From contig NMRA01001037.1 in assembly GCA_002633005.1 (NCBI GenBank), positions 1-64,000 of the forward strand: a stretch of 64,000 nt of DNA. Direction: 5' to 3'. Of the stretch, positions 25,737-37,756 are shown one piece after another (within the stretch, counting starts at the first letter, position 1; each line of letters opens with the position of its first letter). Source of the stretch: Phoronis australis (taxonomy: Eukaryota; Animalia; Phoronida). The notes beneath the pieces were generated by a model. That model worked only from the letters and a program-made list of their open reading frames with translations, did no database searches and was not told where the DNA came from. The translations under genes and the position numbers were made by a program.

Positions 25737-25974
25737 GGTCTCGTTTCATGAAACTGACTGAAGTTCGGTTTTTACTTAAGTCGAAGATTTGTCTCAACCT
25801 CCAAACTTTGAAACTTCCACAACCGGTAAGACAGTCAAAGTTAAGACAAAAATTAAGTCATAAACTTTAGATCTCATTCTTGGAACGGATGTAAGACAAA
25901 TTTAAGTTTTATCGTAAAATTGACTGGAATTTAAGATTTGTCTTAGCTAAGCCAGTTTTCTTGGAACGGGCACC
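25737..25974. mobile_element. PIF/Harbinger-like MITE
   Basis: GGTCTCGTTTCATGAAAC / GTTTTCTTGGAACGGGCACC inverted ends, CAG 3-bp TSD, internal TTAAG(A/T)C repeats. Confidence 0.6.
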
Positions 25975-26679
25975 CAGGTCTGTATTTGTATGCTATTAAA
26001 TATGTACAGTTGTGCGGCTTTGGTGAGCGCGTTCACGTTCGTGTGGTGTGATTGCGAACGTGCAATTAAGTAAGCCTAGGTACACTTTGTGTCACCAGTG
26101 AAAGGCAAAAAAGCAGAAGAAAAGTCCATTTGCGATGTGAGTGACGGAAAAACACGTATTAGTAAGAGTGCAACTAAATGTCTTCGAATTTATTGACAAA
26201 CATGTCTCATTTAAAATCTAAAGCAGAGGGGGTTACGTCAAGCGGAAATCGCAGGCAAACTTCCAAATAGAATCAGTCAGGTAAGCGGCAGTGAACCAGA
26301 TTTGATAATTTCTCGAGTGTAACTAGGAATACTGACTTGATGTAGTGATCCAACCAAAACGCGAATCAAAATTTCAAAAGATGGCGTCACTGCATGTAAA
26401 ACCTCGTATTATAATAAACGAATGTCTGTCTAAATAACATTTCACCATACATCGCTGGCAAACAGTGCACAGCTTGAACAGTTCGGTTTTTAATATATTA
26501 ATTCCGACTGTAGTCTTTTCACTTTTTTCCATTTTATGTTTCATCTACTTCAGACCACACAATGCTCAATATGAGTATCTTATTCGTTTGGCCTGTAATA
26601 CAAGAACAATCTCCGGTGCTTCGCCATCAATTGAAAAGTGAACGGCAGCAATTATATGGAACGTCATGAAAGAAGCCAT

Positions 26680-27713
26680 CTAGGACTTGTCAGAAATCAC
26701 AAGTTCATTCACAAAATCATCTGTTTGTCCTCGTCTTTTGGCACGTTCTCTCCTGTCTCCTCTCCAGCAAGCAGCTGAGTACATAAGCAGTGTGAAGAAT
26801 GATCCCGAAGCAAGGCAAACAAAAGCAAAATATAGAATATACTGCGGACCGTGATACTGAAGCAGAATACCAGAAATCAGTTGACCCGAGAACCCTCCCA
26901 GTGCTGAGCTGATGTCGACGACTGCACAGAGAATTCCGGATATAATCATGTAGTTGTTCAGGAAAGCCAGACCGGCTGGTATGGTTGGTCCGTAGAAGAA
27001 GGCTGAAGAAATAGCGAACACCCAAAGATGTATTGTGCTGTTTGTTCCCAAGTAGCATAAGCATCCCCAGCAAACCGTCGTGCTGAGCAAAAAAGGTAAA
27101 AATGCGTACTGTATGGAAACAAAGAAACTCAAAATGGACACAAGTGCTCGACTGAAACACTGTGCCAGTGCTTGCATAGAATCCAACATGGCTCCATCCT
27201 GCTTAGAAAACTGTAACTCGCTCTCCACGGCGTATGTCATCAAATACGCGTTGAGAACTTCGTCTGCACTTCTCGCACAATAAGAGAAAACTATCATACA
27301 GAAACACATGAAAAATCCGAACAAACAATTCCCTTCAGCACACGATCCTGGATTGAGGAGAGCTATCAGAGAGATGCTTTCCTTCGTTCTTGTTTTTTTC
27401 GTTGTTTTGTCAGTTTTCTTCAAATGCAACAAGACAAATGCAATGCTGGTAGACAAGAAAATCCCACCTATTATACCATACGGTATTTCTATTCGCGACG
27501 GCTTCCAGTTGGCATCTTCAGCAGTAGCATTTTGCCCAGGGAACTCTGTGACGTCATATCCGGTTGCATTCCTCTCTCCTTGCTTGACAGATCCTAAGAA
27601 AGGTAACGCCAGCAAAGACGCAGCGAACATGCCGATGGTAGCGATACAGTATGCACCGTTGAGCACGACTGATGCCTTTGTTGTCCACAAACGCAGAAAC
27701 GCGTAAGTGCTAG
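26680..27713 (-). CDS. MFS paralog C exon 4 (terminal)
   Basis: ORF 26680-27690 extended to a TTTAAG acceptor at 27715-27714. Confidence 0.9.
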
Positions 27714-30700
27714 CTTAAACAAAAGATAAAGATCCGATGTTATGTTTATTTAAAATGTTTAGTACGCTGTAAGTGGTTGGGGTGTAATTGGAGCCAATCG
27801 CCTACATTTTTGCTTAAAAATAATTTGTTTTTAAACTCAACGTGATCGTCTTTACGACTCAGTTGAAAGAAAATGAAGTCCATTTCTCTCTTTCTTCAAC
27901 AGGGGGTGAGATATGACAAGTTGGGCTATCTTCATAACCACGTGATGAACCGTGTGCCAATACTAATCTCCTAATACATGGATATTGGCAACTACCGAGC
28001 GTTCGACCTGTGATGAAACTTGGCACATTCCAGCGCCCTCGAGTCCAGAGGGAGAAACAATCTTTTATCACAGGCCAAAGCACTCTTACCTCGAAGCAGA
28101 ACCTTATCACTTTCCACAAATCACTTTCCGCAAATAGCATAAACTGCGCACGAATAGCTTACCGAGAACCACAACCACACAACGCCACCCTTACCACGGG
28201 CAAATACGACAGTATGCTCAATGGTCACCAGAAGGTCCTACCATATAATCTGAAAGGTAAATCTTTCGTGTTTGGCGTCAGCGAATCGTATGAAGAGATG
28301 CGTGTTTTTCGAAGTCAATGCTTCGTGTAAAGTTTATATTTACATCAAAATCGTTAATTTTTCTGCCAGAGAGTGTCAGCGTGCGTATTAAGGTTGTGTG
28401 CTTTGACGCTCAGGGTGCTCTGGTTTGTGACGCCATTCTATCCCCGAGCGTAACGGTGACACGAGTGCATATTATGTCGCGACTTTTCAACAAAACACAT
28501 ACAGTCTTCGTGAAGTATGAGAAGAAAATTTGTAGTGAAGCCTATCTGGTATTCGCCATTTCGCCATGGAATGCCCCGAAAGTTCGAGTCACTTTCGTTA
28601 CAAGTATGTGAAACAAAACATAAAAACTGGTGAGCGCAAGTCGACCACTTGTGATAAGAGTGCCAGTGTGCGGTCCGTGGTAAGAGTTTGTGTCACGATG
28701 CTCCTTTGTTATCTTGGCTAAAATTATATTCACAATGCCACTCATTATTTTCAGTTACCCTGACAAAAAGTTCTTAATCGTGCATGTACACGAAAATCCC
28801 AGTCTTGTCAGCCGTCTACCTAGAATTGGTGTTTGTTTGAAAGCGCAAGTATCTGTCTAAAACATGATTGGGGAAAATAACATGTACAAGGAAAAATTGC
28901 GTTACTCAAAATAGCAGAGCATGAACAAAAAATGACCGTCGCCTCTCGTACTGGAGATTTTTCAATAGATGGCGGCATGAACCGAAACTGGGTTACATTC
29001 GGTGCGCTGGTCAACTGGCTAAGAAATTTAATAGGTTTGCAAGAACCAGTCATTGGGTTCACCTGGCCGAGTGAATCAAGTGTTATTACTACATTGAGTA
29101 GAGTCTGAACTCCATGCACTTAACTTTTTCATCGGTATAAACCTCTACTACATGAAAAAACACACACAGTGAAATGAAGACAAACCCAGAAATCGCTGAA
29201 CCAATCAAATGTTCCGGGGAGATGGACTGGGTTATTAGAAAGCAATACACCTACTAGACATGGTTCCTCCCACAGCCAGCCCCTGTACGGCGTAAACGGC
29301 GCTCAGCACATCGGCAGCACGCGCCCATGGCGTAATAATGACACAGCTGCCGTAAAACAACGTCGTCACAGCTAGCGCCACGTCGTCATAGTGCGGGAAT
29401 CGGTCCAAAAAGAACCCAGTCAAGAGTGACCCAACTGCTCGGCATGGATGTAACAAAGACACGGCCTGGAAAAGATGAATAAGTTTTTAACGCGAGTTTT
29501 CCCGGAGATCACCAACATATTATTCCAGATCTCCTTTGTTTTCTGTGTCGCAATTTCAGAAGAAATGTGCGGACTGCAAGGATTTGGGGGCCTACCGGCA
29601 TTCGACTGTTCTGATTCCAGCGAAAACAAAACTGACAGGCAGAAACGGCCTTAGCGTGATTGGCAACAACACAACACTTATAGGCAGGCACCTTCAATTG
29701 ATAGTAGGTCTATCGACAGCGACTGAATTAACACAAAAACACACGGTGACACGTAATTTTGGCCACGTGTCATAAAGCAGAACATTCTGACGCTGTTAAA
29801 GTTGTGAAAAAACGTTAAGTACACAACACTACGACTAGATTTCTTTTTTCACGGGTTTTACACGGAACCAAAAAGCAAATTTAATTCAATTATTGATCAG
29901 CGAATGACATTCTAGTAAACGACAGGCGCACGCTGGAAGAACGCCTGGAGACCTCGACGTCACAGACTTCTATGGTCGGTTGGCGGCTAATAACAAGGGT
30001 CAGAAACAATAGTTTCCAGAATGGTAAAGCCTAACTATAACGGCGAGAGGTTTCATCTTCGGTGTCGAGTCGGTTAACAACACTCCATGACTACGAGGAC
30101 CACAGTGTAACCCGTTCTGTTCTGGTCACGGCCTGAAAATTTGGACAAGAATTGTTTATTTTGTATACTCTTGAAATATTGAAAAGCGTTAAAGGCCTTT
30201 CCCACTGGCTCCGAAGCTTCGGTCAATAGGAACATTTAATTTCGGTCTTGAATCGAAGTTAACAGCGCGAGTTAATTCTGGACTACTAAAGAGATGTATT
30301 TAAAATGACACTAAACCCTCACCTCTCAGTCACCTGCGAATGCGTCATTGGCTTCAATCGGTATGAATCAACTAAAAACTCATCCCTCCCACATCTCACA
30401 AATTGTAAATTATGCTCCTTGGTGGGTGGTCTTTTCCCCACCCTTGCGCGTGCTATAAGCGTAGGTTACGCTTGCCCGCTTAGCAGATTTTGAACGGAGT
30501 TTTCAAATTTTCCTCCAAATATTTAGCATTGTCGAGGGTTACAGAGAATTATTTTATTCCAGAGAACTTGATGGGAAAGCCGATTTGAGTATATTTTAAT
30601 GGGCCAAAGCTGGGTTTGGTAACGTTTTAACAGTGAAGCGTCGACGCTTCGCTACAACGGAAAACTTAACGACAATGCTATCGGAGTCATCGGCAGGGGT

Positions 30701-33700
30701 CACTGCCTACGCTTGTCAAAAGCGGGCGGTGATTGATTGATATTATTTGTTGATATTTTGTTATGATGTTGATTATTTTGACAGTATAAGCATTCTCTTT
30801 CAATTTAGCCATGTGTTTGCTGGATTCTTTGCATTAAAAAGTCACTGAACGTATGGCGTACATGTACAGTTAACATCGAAGCTTATAATTCGATATTAGC
30901 GGAGTAAGCTGCATGGGAAAGGACCTTTAATTATTTTTTCTGGGGTAGAAAATCGTGTGAACGTTGTCTATAGAGTTTTTAATAAATAGGCTTTATTTTA
31001 CGTAACAGGCCTCCGGCGTTACAAACATGTAAAACATANAATGCGTCATTGGCGTCAATCGGTATGAATCAAATAAAATCTCACCCCTCCCACATCCCAC
31101 AAATTCTGAATTATGGTCCTTGGCGGGTGGCCTTTTCCCCACCCTTGCGCGTGCTATAAGCGTGGGTTACGCTTGCCCGCTTAGCAGACTTTGAACGGAG
31201 TTTTCAAATTTTCCTCCAAATATTTAGCATTGCCGAGGGTTACAGAGAATTATTTTATTCCAGAGAACTTGATGGGAAAGCCGATTTGAGTATATTTTAA
31301 TGGGCCAAAGCTGGGTTTGGTAACGTTTTAACAGTGAAGCGTCGACGCTTCGCTACAACGGAAAAACTTAACGACAATGCTATCGGAGTCATCGGCAGGG
31401 GTCACTGCCTACGCTTGTCAAAAGCGGGCGGTGATTGATTGATATTATTTGTTAATATTTTGTTATTATGTTGATTATTTTGACAGTATAGGCATTCTCT
31501 TTCAATTTAGCCATGTGTTTGCTGGATTCTTTGCATTAAAAAGTCACTGAACGGAGGGCGCACATGTACAGTTAACATCGAAGCTTATAACTCGATATTA
31601 GCGGAGTAAGCTGCATGGGAAAGGACCTTTAATTATTTTTTCTGGGGTAGAAAATCGTGTGAACGTTGTCTATAGAGTTTTTAATAAATAGGCTTTATTT
31701 TACGTAACAGGCCTCCGGCGTTACAAACATGTAAAACATAGAGAGTACAGAGTATCTGAACCAAATTTAACTCATTTAAAGAAACTCATTAGGGCGCTAT
31801 TCGACATTTATCCAATTATTCTCAAAGTATTTGAGTCATAAGTCTTGAGAAAATTGATGAATACTGTATCGTCCACTTCCTCAAATCTAGGTAAAAAGTT
31901 ACGCACGTCAATCTGAATAAAATTATACTCTTTGATTACACACATTTCTTGGCACGCCGCCAACTGTGTTTTCGAATCAGTACCGAGTCGTGTTAACAGG
32001 ACCTTATGTATCTTATATTGGGTGACAAAGTCCTCGGTGGATTTGTTTACCTTTGAGTGACCCGCTGTTCATGTAGAAGATACGTGGTTATCCATGTGGG
32101 CTAAATTAAAAACTCTTAGTGCAAGCAGACTGGGAGAAACTTTCTAAGAAATGGGACACCAAGGAAAAAGCCCCAGTCTGGCCAAAGATACGTCAATAAA
32201 AAGAAAATGTCCCACGAACATTTTGTACCGTACGTGGGAAATCACTGTTGTAGCCCTACCTGCGACATGCCTTCGTAGTTGGTATTCACTCTCTCAATCA
32301 GGTCAATCATCGTAGTACCCAAAATTTTTGTGGACATACCCTGAAAAACATTTCATCAAAAAATTATCATTTCACCCGTCGCACATCCCCGACCTTTAGG
32401 GCCAAAGGTCAATTTCTTGACATCGTGATGCCTTACGTTCGTCAAGAGTGATGCAATTTTAGTTATATCACACGTTTTCAATTAAAATCGAAATAATTTG
32501 AGATTCTCTGTTACCTTGTTACTCAGTACTTCCAATCGAACTTTTAAAACCCAGTTATTACGTCCGTCGCAACCACAAAAATATACATAGTTGTTGCTTT
32601 TATTTCGTAGACTTGCAGAAAATAAAATGTGTTTTACACATAAGAATCTAAAATGATAAAATGTCACAGAACTGTGACAGTAATCACAGCAAGTCAAAAA
32701 GTCAATACGAAAATAAATTGAATTTTCTGGACTATCTCAGTTAGGAAAACATCCTACGTCGTGTTAGCCGCGCCCTCTTTCGTTCTGACAGCCACTCAAT
32801 GCTGATAACATTTCAATCTTGCAATAAACAAGCGTTTCGTTTGTTTGGTATTTAGTTCGATCTTTTCGACCTACCGGCGATATGTTTTATCAATTTTAAA
32901 CAGAATTGTAGGTTGTAAAGTTTTGCTTTACCTCTTAAGTTAGACGTGCTGAAGAGTTAACCTGTGTAGATCTATTACATGTAGGGCTTACATGTACCCA
33001 GCATAGGATTAGCTGAGGCTATGAATTCACACAAAAAGCAAATCTGTGGAATTTGATTTAAAATCATTTGTTTCATTACACTAATTTCAATGAATTACAA
33101 AAGGCCAATGTAACTTAAGTACCGAAGTGATATCTTAGTCACAGTAAATTATTATTATAATTATTATAGCTATGTTAGACATTCAGACTGACGAACGTCC
33201 GTCACACTCACGCAATTTACTTATCAATTTTTGTCAAATTTTTAGAAGTATCAAAATATGTGTTATACTTCAAACAAACAATCCACGCATTATAAATTGT
33301 AATCTTTTACAATTCATGGATAGTAATAGCAACAAAGGAATTTTCAAAAATTTACCTGCGTGCGCTTTAAAGGCAGCTTTCCTAGAGAAAAGACAACACG
33401 CATCGAACGACGTCAGTAAAACCTAACAATTTCTAATTTGAAGCATTTTCCCTGATTGTACCTCCGCCATAAAAAGATTTGACCGTAGTACAATAGGGCT
33501 TGAAGCTAACACTGTTCTCGCAGAGGATAGATTTTCTGATGAGACGGGCACTGGCAGCCCCAAAAATGAAGATGGACGAGAAACTGGAAGGACGAGGTTG
33601 TGAAGTTAAGTCATTGCTTGTCAGTACACCATTTAGATATTGCATTAAATATCAACAGCAACACCACATCAATTGTGCCGAATGAGGGTCGACTCAAATT

Positions 33701-34085
33701 TTTACGTCTTTGATAGAGTAAATTACTGTGGTGGTAAATCAGATAAAAGCTTGCGTGTTATACATGTACATACGATGACTGGTGTTGTTGCGCGAGTGGT
33801 TTTCACGACGGCAGATATTGTCGCAATCGGAAGATGTCTTCAGGGCGGCAATATAAGTCACAACAGCCCGGTCTGACTGAATTCTCGCGAGAATTGAAAA
33901 CTTACAATGCAGGCGAAGACTGCAAAGAGAACAGCGGTCTTGACGTAACGATATCTGCTGGAAAGGTGGTAGTTCGCGGTTTCTTTGACTTCGTCTTTTT
34001 GTGACGTCGAGTCCTTGATAATGTTTCCATTTATTTCTTCATTCGAATCTACCATCGTGTCCGTCGATCTGAAGCTGTCAGCCAT
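26680..34085 (-). CDS. MFS transporter paralog C (MFSD4/NaGLT1-like), join(34085-33906,32340-32260,29465-29255,27713-26680), 501 aa
   Basis: Same exon sizes and phases as paralog B (81 and 211 bp internal exons); open 1506-nt frame; protein colinear with B. Confidence 0.88.
29255..29465 (-). CDS. MFS paralog C exon 3
   Basis: 211 bp, AVSLLHPCRAVGSLLTGFFLDRFP...GGTMS, GTAGGT donor. Confidence 0.87.
30339..31740. repeat. ~700-bp near-identical tandem duplication joined by one N (likely allelic assembly overlap)
   Basis: 30339-31038 versus 31040-31740 with N at 31039; scattered SNP-like differences. Confidence 0.85.
32260..32340 (-). CDS. MFS paralog C exon 2
   Basis: 81 bp, GMSTKILGTTMIDLIERVNTNYEGMSQ. 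Confidence 0.85.
33906..34085 (-). CDS. MFS paralog C exon 1
   Basis: MADSFRSTDT...LFAVFACI, GTAAGT donor. Confidence 0.82.
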
Positions 34086-34468
34086 AATGCTTCTGGCGTT
34101 CAAACTCGAGGTTTTTACTGCCAATCAAGAGTCAGGTCAAGTGACAGAAAGTATAGTTAAGTGCCACACTCATTCGGTAACAAACCAGACTATAGATAAA
34201 CTTCTCAAAAGAGTAATGGTCTCGTTTTATGAAACTCGGAAGTCTAATCCGTTGTCACACACATGAAGTGAAAATAAAATGTCGCCGTTTCTGAAATAAT
34301 ATAAAATAAAATAAGAAAAAGCAAATTGATCAGGCTAGACGGATTTCTGATTTTAATATCCCCACCAACTTCACGGGACCGTAACTAGCATAAATCAATT
34401 ATACCTGTTTTGGGCGGAAAGACAGCTTAAGAATAGCTATCATAGAGAGGTTGCTAGCAAATCAACTG

Positions 34469-34618
34469 GGCTGGGTTGCATAAAACTTTAAAATTATGCG
34501 CTGGATAACTTTGATTGTTGCATGAGGTCAGGTGCATTGTTGAACAATAGGCAAAATGACACGTGATAATGCGATGTCATTGCTGCTATGCAATGTTTAA
34601 CTTTCATGCAACTGGGCC
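34469..34618. mobile_element. PIF/Harbinger-like MITE
   Basis: GGCTGGGTTGCATAAAACTT / AACTTTCATGCAACTGGGCC inverted ends with CTG 3-bp TSD. Confidence 0.65.
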
Positions 34619-35139
34619 CTGATGCGCCATCTAATGGCTGCCATGGCAAATAGAGCAAAAGTGTGTTCACTAGCCGGAGGAGTCTAATTGAAAACTGCGA
34701 TTTCCAAACGTTGGGTGAGTAAAAACTCCCACATCATGGCGATGGTACCGAGCAAAGGGCGTTTAAATGTTTTCTCTTTTTCAAAATAATCTTATTTAAA
34801 TGAGTCCCGTAACTTGGGGCACCCTAGCTGCATTACACTTACGTCAACTACAAGAACCCTGTATCGTCGATTTCCTCGGTTGGCAAATATAAGCCCTACT
34901 TCTGACTTGGAAAAGAGAACGGGGCAAATTTTTCCGTTCATTCGTGTTCGGCTAGATATCTAACAACAAGGTAATTGTTTGCCATTTGTGGTAATGAAGG
35001 CTTGACCGTTTGGGCGAGACCAGTCTCCGCCGGAGTCCCGGCCGGCTACAGTACGTGACACATCCCAGCTTCTGCACCGTTCATTAACATGGCACCTGTT
35101 GGTGACCTAGGTAACTAAGACACGTTTCATTCTCTTGAC

Positions 35140-36760
35140 TAGTACGCCTGTGGATTCTGTGAAACTTAACATCATCCAAGAGTTCAAGGGATGCCCGCTG
35201 TCGTACCCATCGACTGCTTGCCAATCCGAAGGTCATGCCTTGTCTTCGAGCGTTTTGTTATGCCTGAATTCACTCTCACATGGAGCGAACGTCACGGATT
35301 TCAAATTCAAATGTCCGTTTCCTCTGACGTATTCTTCCCAAAACCGGGAACGTATAGAAAACTTTTCAAGGAAAACTACTTTCTCGGTAATACGCTTCAT
35401 TATATTTCGTCCGCCAGGGGCGTTCAATGAGTTGCAAAATATATCTGGAAAATCACCGGTCGCTAGTGGACAAATATACAGAATGTCTGGACCATTTATG
35501 TAAAGTTTGTTTGGCTGGACACAAAAAGACAATGGTGTCAATTAAGAAGCACAGGATTTTTGGGGTGCAGTCTATATTAAAAGGAGTGCATTTCCGGGAG
35601 ATGCGTCGCCGCCATCGCACGCCTTCGTTGTCCAATTCAGTCATCGGCCTACGGACAAGACAATAGAGCTGTTTTGTGAATCGTGAAAATTCGATATTTC
35701 TAACATATAGGACTCACTTAATTTGCACCAAAATCATAAGATAAGTTAGCCCTACCGCAAATGGCTGATCGGTGCTGGAGTTCCTCTTAAATTTAGCAGT
35801 CTAGGACTGAAGTTTAAACTGACTGAGACGTTCCTCAAAGACCACAATAGCTATGGACGTGTGACGAGGAAACGAGTGAGGTGACTAATTTGGTGTCTAC
35901 ATAATTCGGGTAAATTCTCGAGTCTGTTCACGAGCAAACGGAAACAACTCCAACGATCATCAAACGGAAAGCAGCGGGCGTACACGGGAAGCTGGAATGC
36001 CGTGACCAAGAATGTCAGCAATTACATAGAGAAAAAGTCGGGCACAGTCCGAGCTACGTCCACGTATTGCTCAGCGCCGGAATTGACATCGAAAAACTGC
36101 AGCACTACACCGATATGGTTAACTCAGAGCATGACGCACATTTCGTCACAGGACTCGCCGTTCGATTAAATATGCCCCACTCAGTGGCGGATTTAGAGGG
36201 GGGCCAAGGGAGCCATGCCCCCCCCCCAAAATTCTCCCAGATTCCATTTGACAGTTCGGAGGTGCGAATGTCTGGCTGGCAAAATCCTAGCTAATACTAT
36301 GCCCTGTCCCCCCCCCAACTCAAAATCCTAGATCCGCCCCTGCCACTTCACCCTGGAGTCAGTGTGAGCACCTTCCGATCTCTCAAGTGGATCTTGCAGT
36401 GATTCACGAGCCGCTTGAGAGAACCACGACAACCATGTTATGGGTGCTCTGATAGAGACCATGAACAGATTACCTATTTTCGAACAGCTTCGGCAGCGGT
36501 CGGTAATCCAAACCGAGCAGAGGCAGGATCATCCGTCCAAGCTGCAGTGGATTAAACTACGACCGCGCGCGCGGCTTGTTCGTAGTCACCGACTCGAGAA
36601 AGGTTTCGGACTTCGAAACTCAAGTTTTAATCGGGCCCACGACCACGAGAGGGCGTCAAATGTGGGTGAAATGGCAACCCTTGGGCAATATTAGCAGTAT
36701 TTGCAGGAAGCAAATGAGAATGGTGCAACGTTCACCCCACAGTGTCCAGCGAAGCTCTCG
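35140..36760 (+). pseudogene. Possible heavily decayed LRR (plus FN3?) gene relic
   Basis: Frameshift-joined peptides YFLGNTLHYIS/PGAFNELQNI, SILKGVHFREM, DHN/LWTCD and TTTRGRQMWVKWQP resemble LRR, LRRCT and FN3 motifs; many stops. Confidence 0.28.
36182..36342 (+). mobile_element. MITE family 1 copy
   Basis: CAGTGGCGGATTTAG...TAGATCCGCCCCTG with perfect CCACT 5-bp TSD. Confidence 0.82.
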
Positions 36761-37603
36761 GCACATCAAAAGGCTTGGAGGCACCCTCACAGATTTAGAA
36801 GAGCTTCATGGGCTTCTCCCAATGTGTATTGGATATGAGTTTCAATGTAAAAACTAGATATATTATTGAGGGAAATTAGCGAATTGGTTTTCTTCAGCTG
36901 CACTGCTGAGCCACAAACATTAATTAACTTTATGATAGGACAGGTTAGTCTCAACCTGGCTTAGACGGGCTTATAGCGTTGGGGTTATAAAAGGCCAGAG
37001 CACTCCTGGCAGTCTTTATTGAATGTTGTCCACGTCAACGTTCAGCCTCATGAAATTTTCAATACCCACCAAAACAGAATTCAGTATATGGTTGCGCTAC
37101 AAAAGTAGGTGACTGATTCAAACCCAGAAAAACAAGTGTTTGAAACAAAAAAACGCATGGGTTTAAATACAAAACGTCAATAGGTGTATAATTTGGTCAT
37201 CTCTCTTCATAGAAAAGGCACAACTCATACAACAAAAGCATCCCTTCACCTCCTTGTAGATTATTCAACTTCATATAAACAGTTAAAATGGCCACTTTTC
37301 AGAAGCCTGCCGCACCAACGCCATACAATGTTGTTTGATATACAGTATCCTCAACCTCCAGCAAAATCCTTCTTACTGATAAGTTTTCTTGATGAATTTG
37401 GAGAAAATTCACTGTTTTACCATAGTTTATCCTGAATTGAAGAACTTTTATCAGACAATTAACAAAAAATTCCACTGTTCAGCCAAACTTTGTCTTGCGA
37501 TCCAATGTTTGTCAAGCAAGCAAGCAGTATAGTTCTCCAACACTTTGTTTAGTCCTTATCTCCATACTGTCATCGCCATGACTACCATCTCCATGGTCAC
37601 TCA

Positions 37604-37756
37604 CTAGGCCTGCTCCAGCTCCACCAACACACCGTTGCAGTCTTTTGGGTGCAGAAACATCACAGGCTTGCCATGGGCACCAATTTTTGGCTCGGCGCCA
37701 AGCGTTCGGATGTTCTGTGCTTTTAAATCTTTCACGGCTTCTGTGATGTTGTCAAC
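37604..37756 (-). CDS. MCEE: MCEE exon 6 (terminal)
   Basis: VDNITEAVKDLKAQNIRTLGAEPKIGAHGKPVMFLHPKDCNGVLVELEQA then TAG. Confidence 0.95.
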   Translation of the reverse strand, partial: VDNITEAVKDLKAQNIRTLGAEPKIGAHGKPVMFLHPKDCNGVLVELEQA

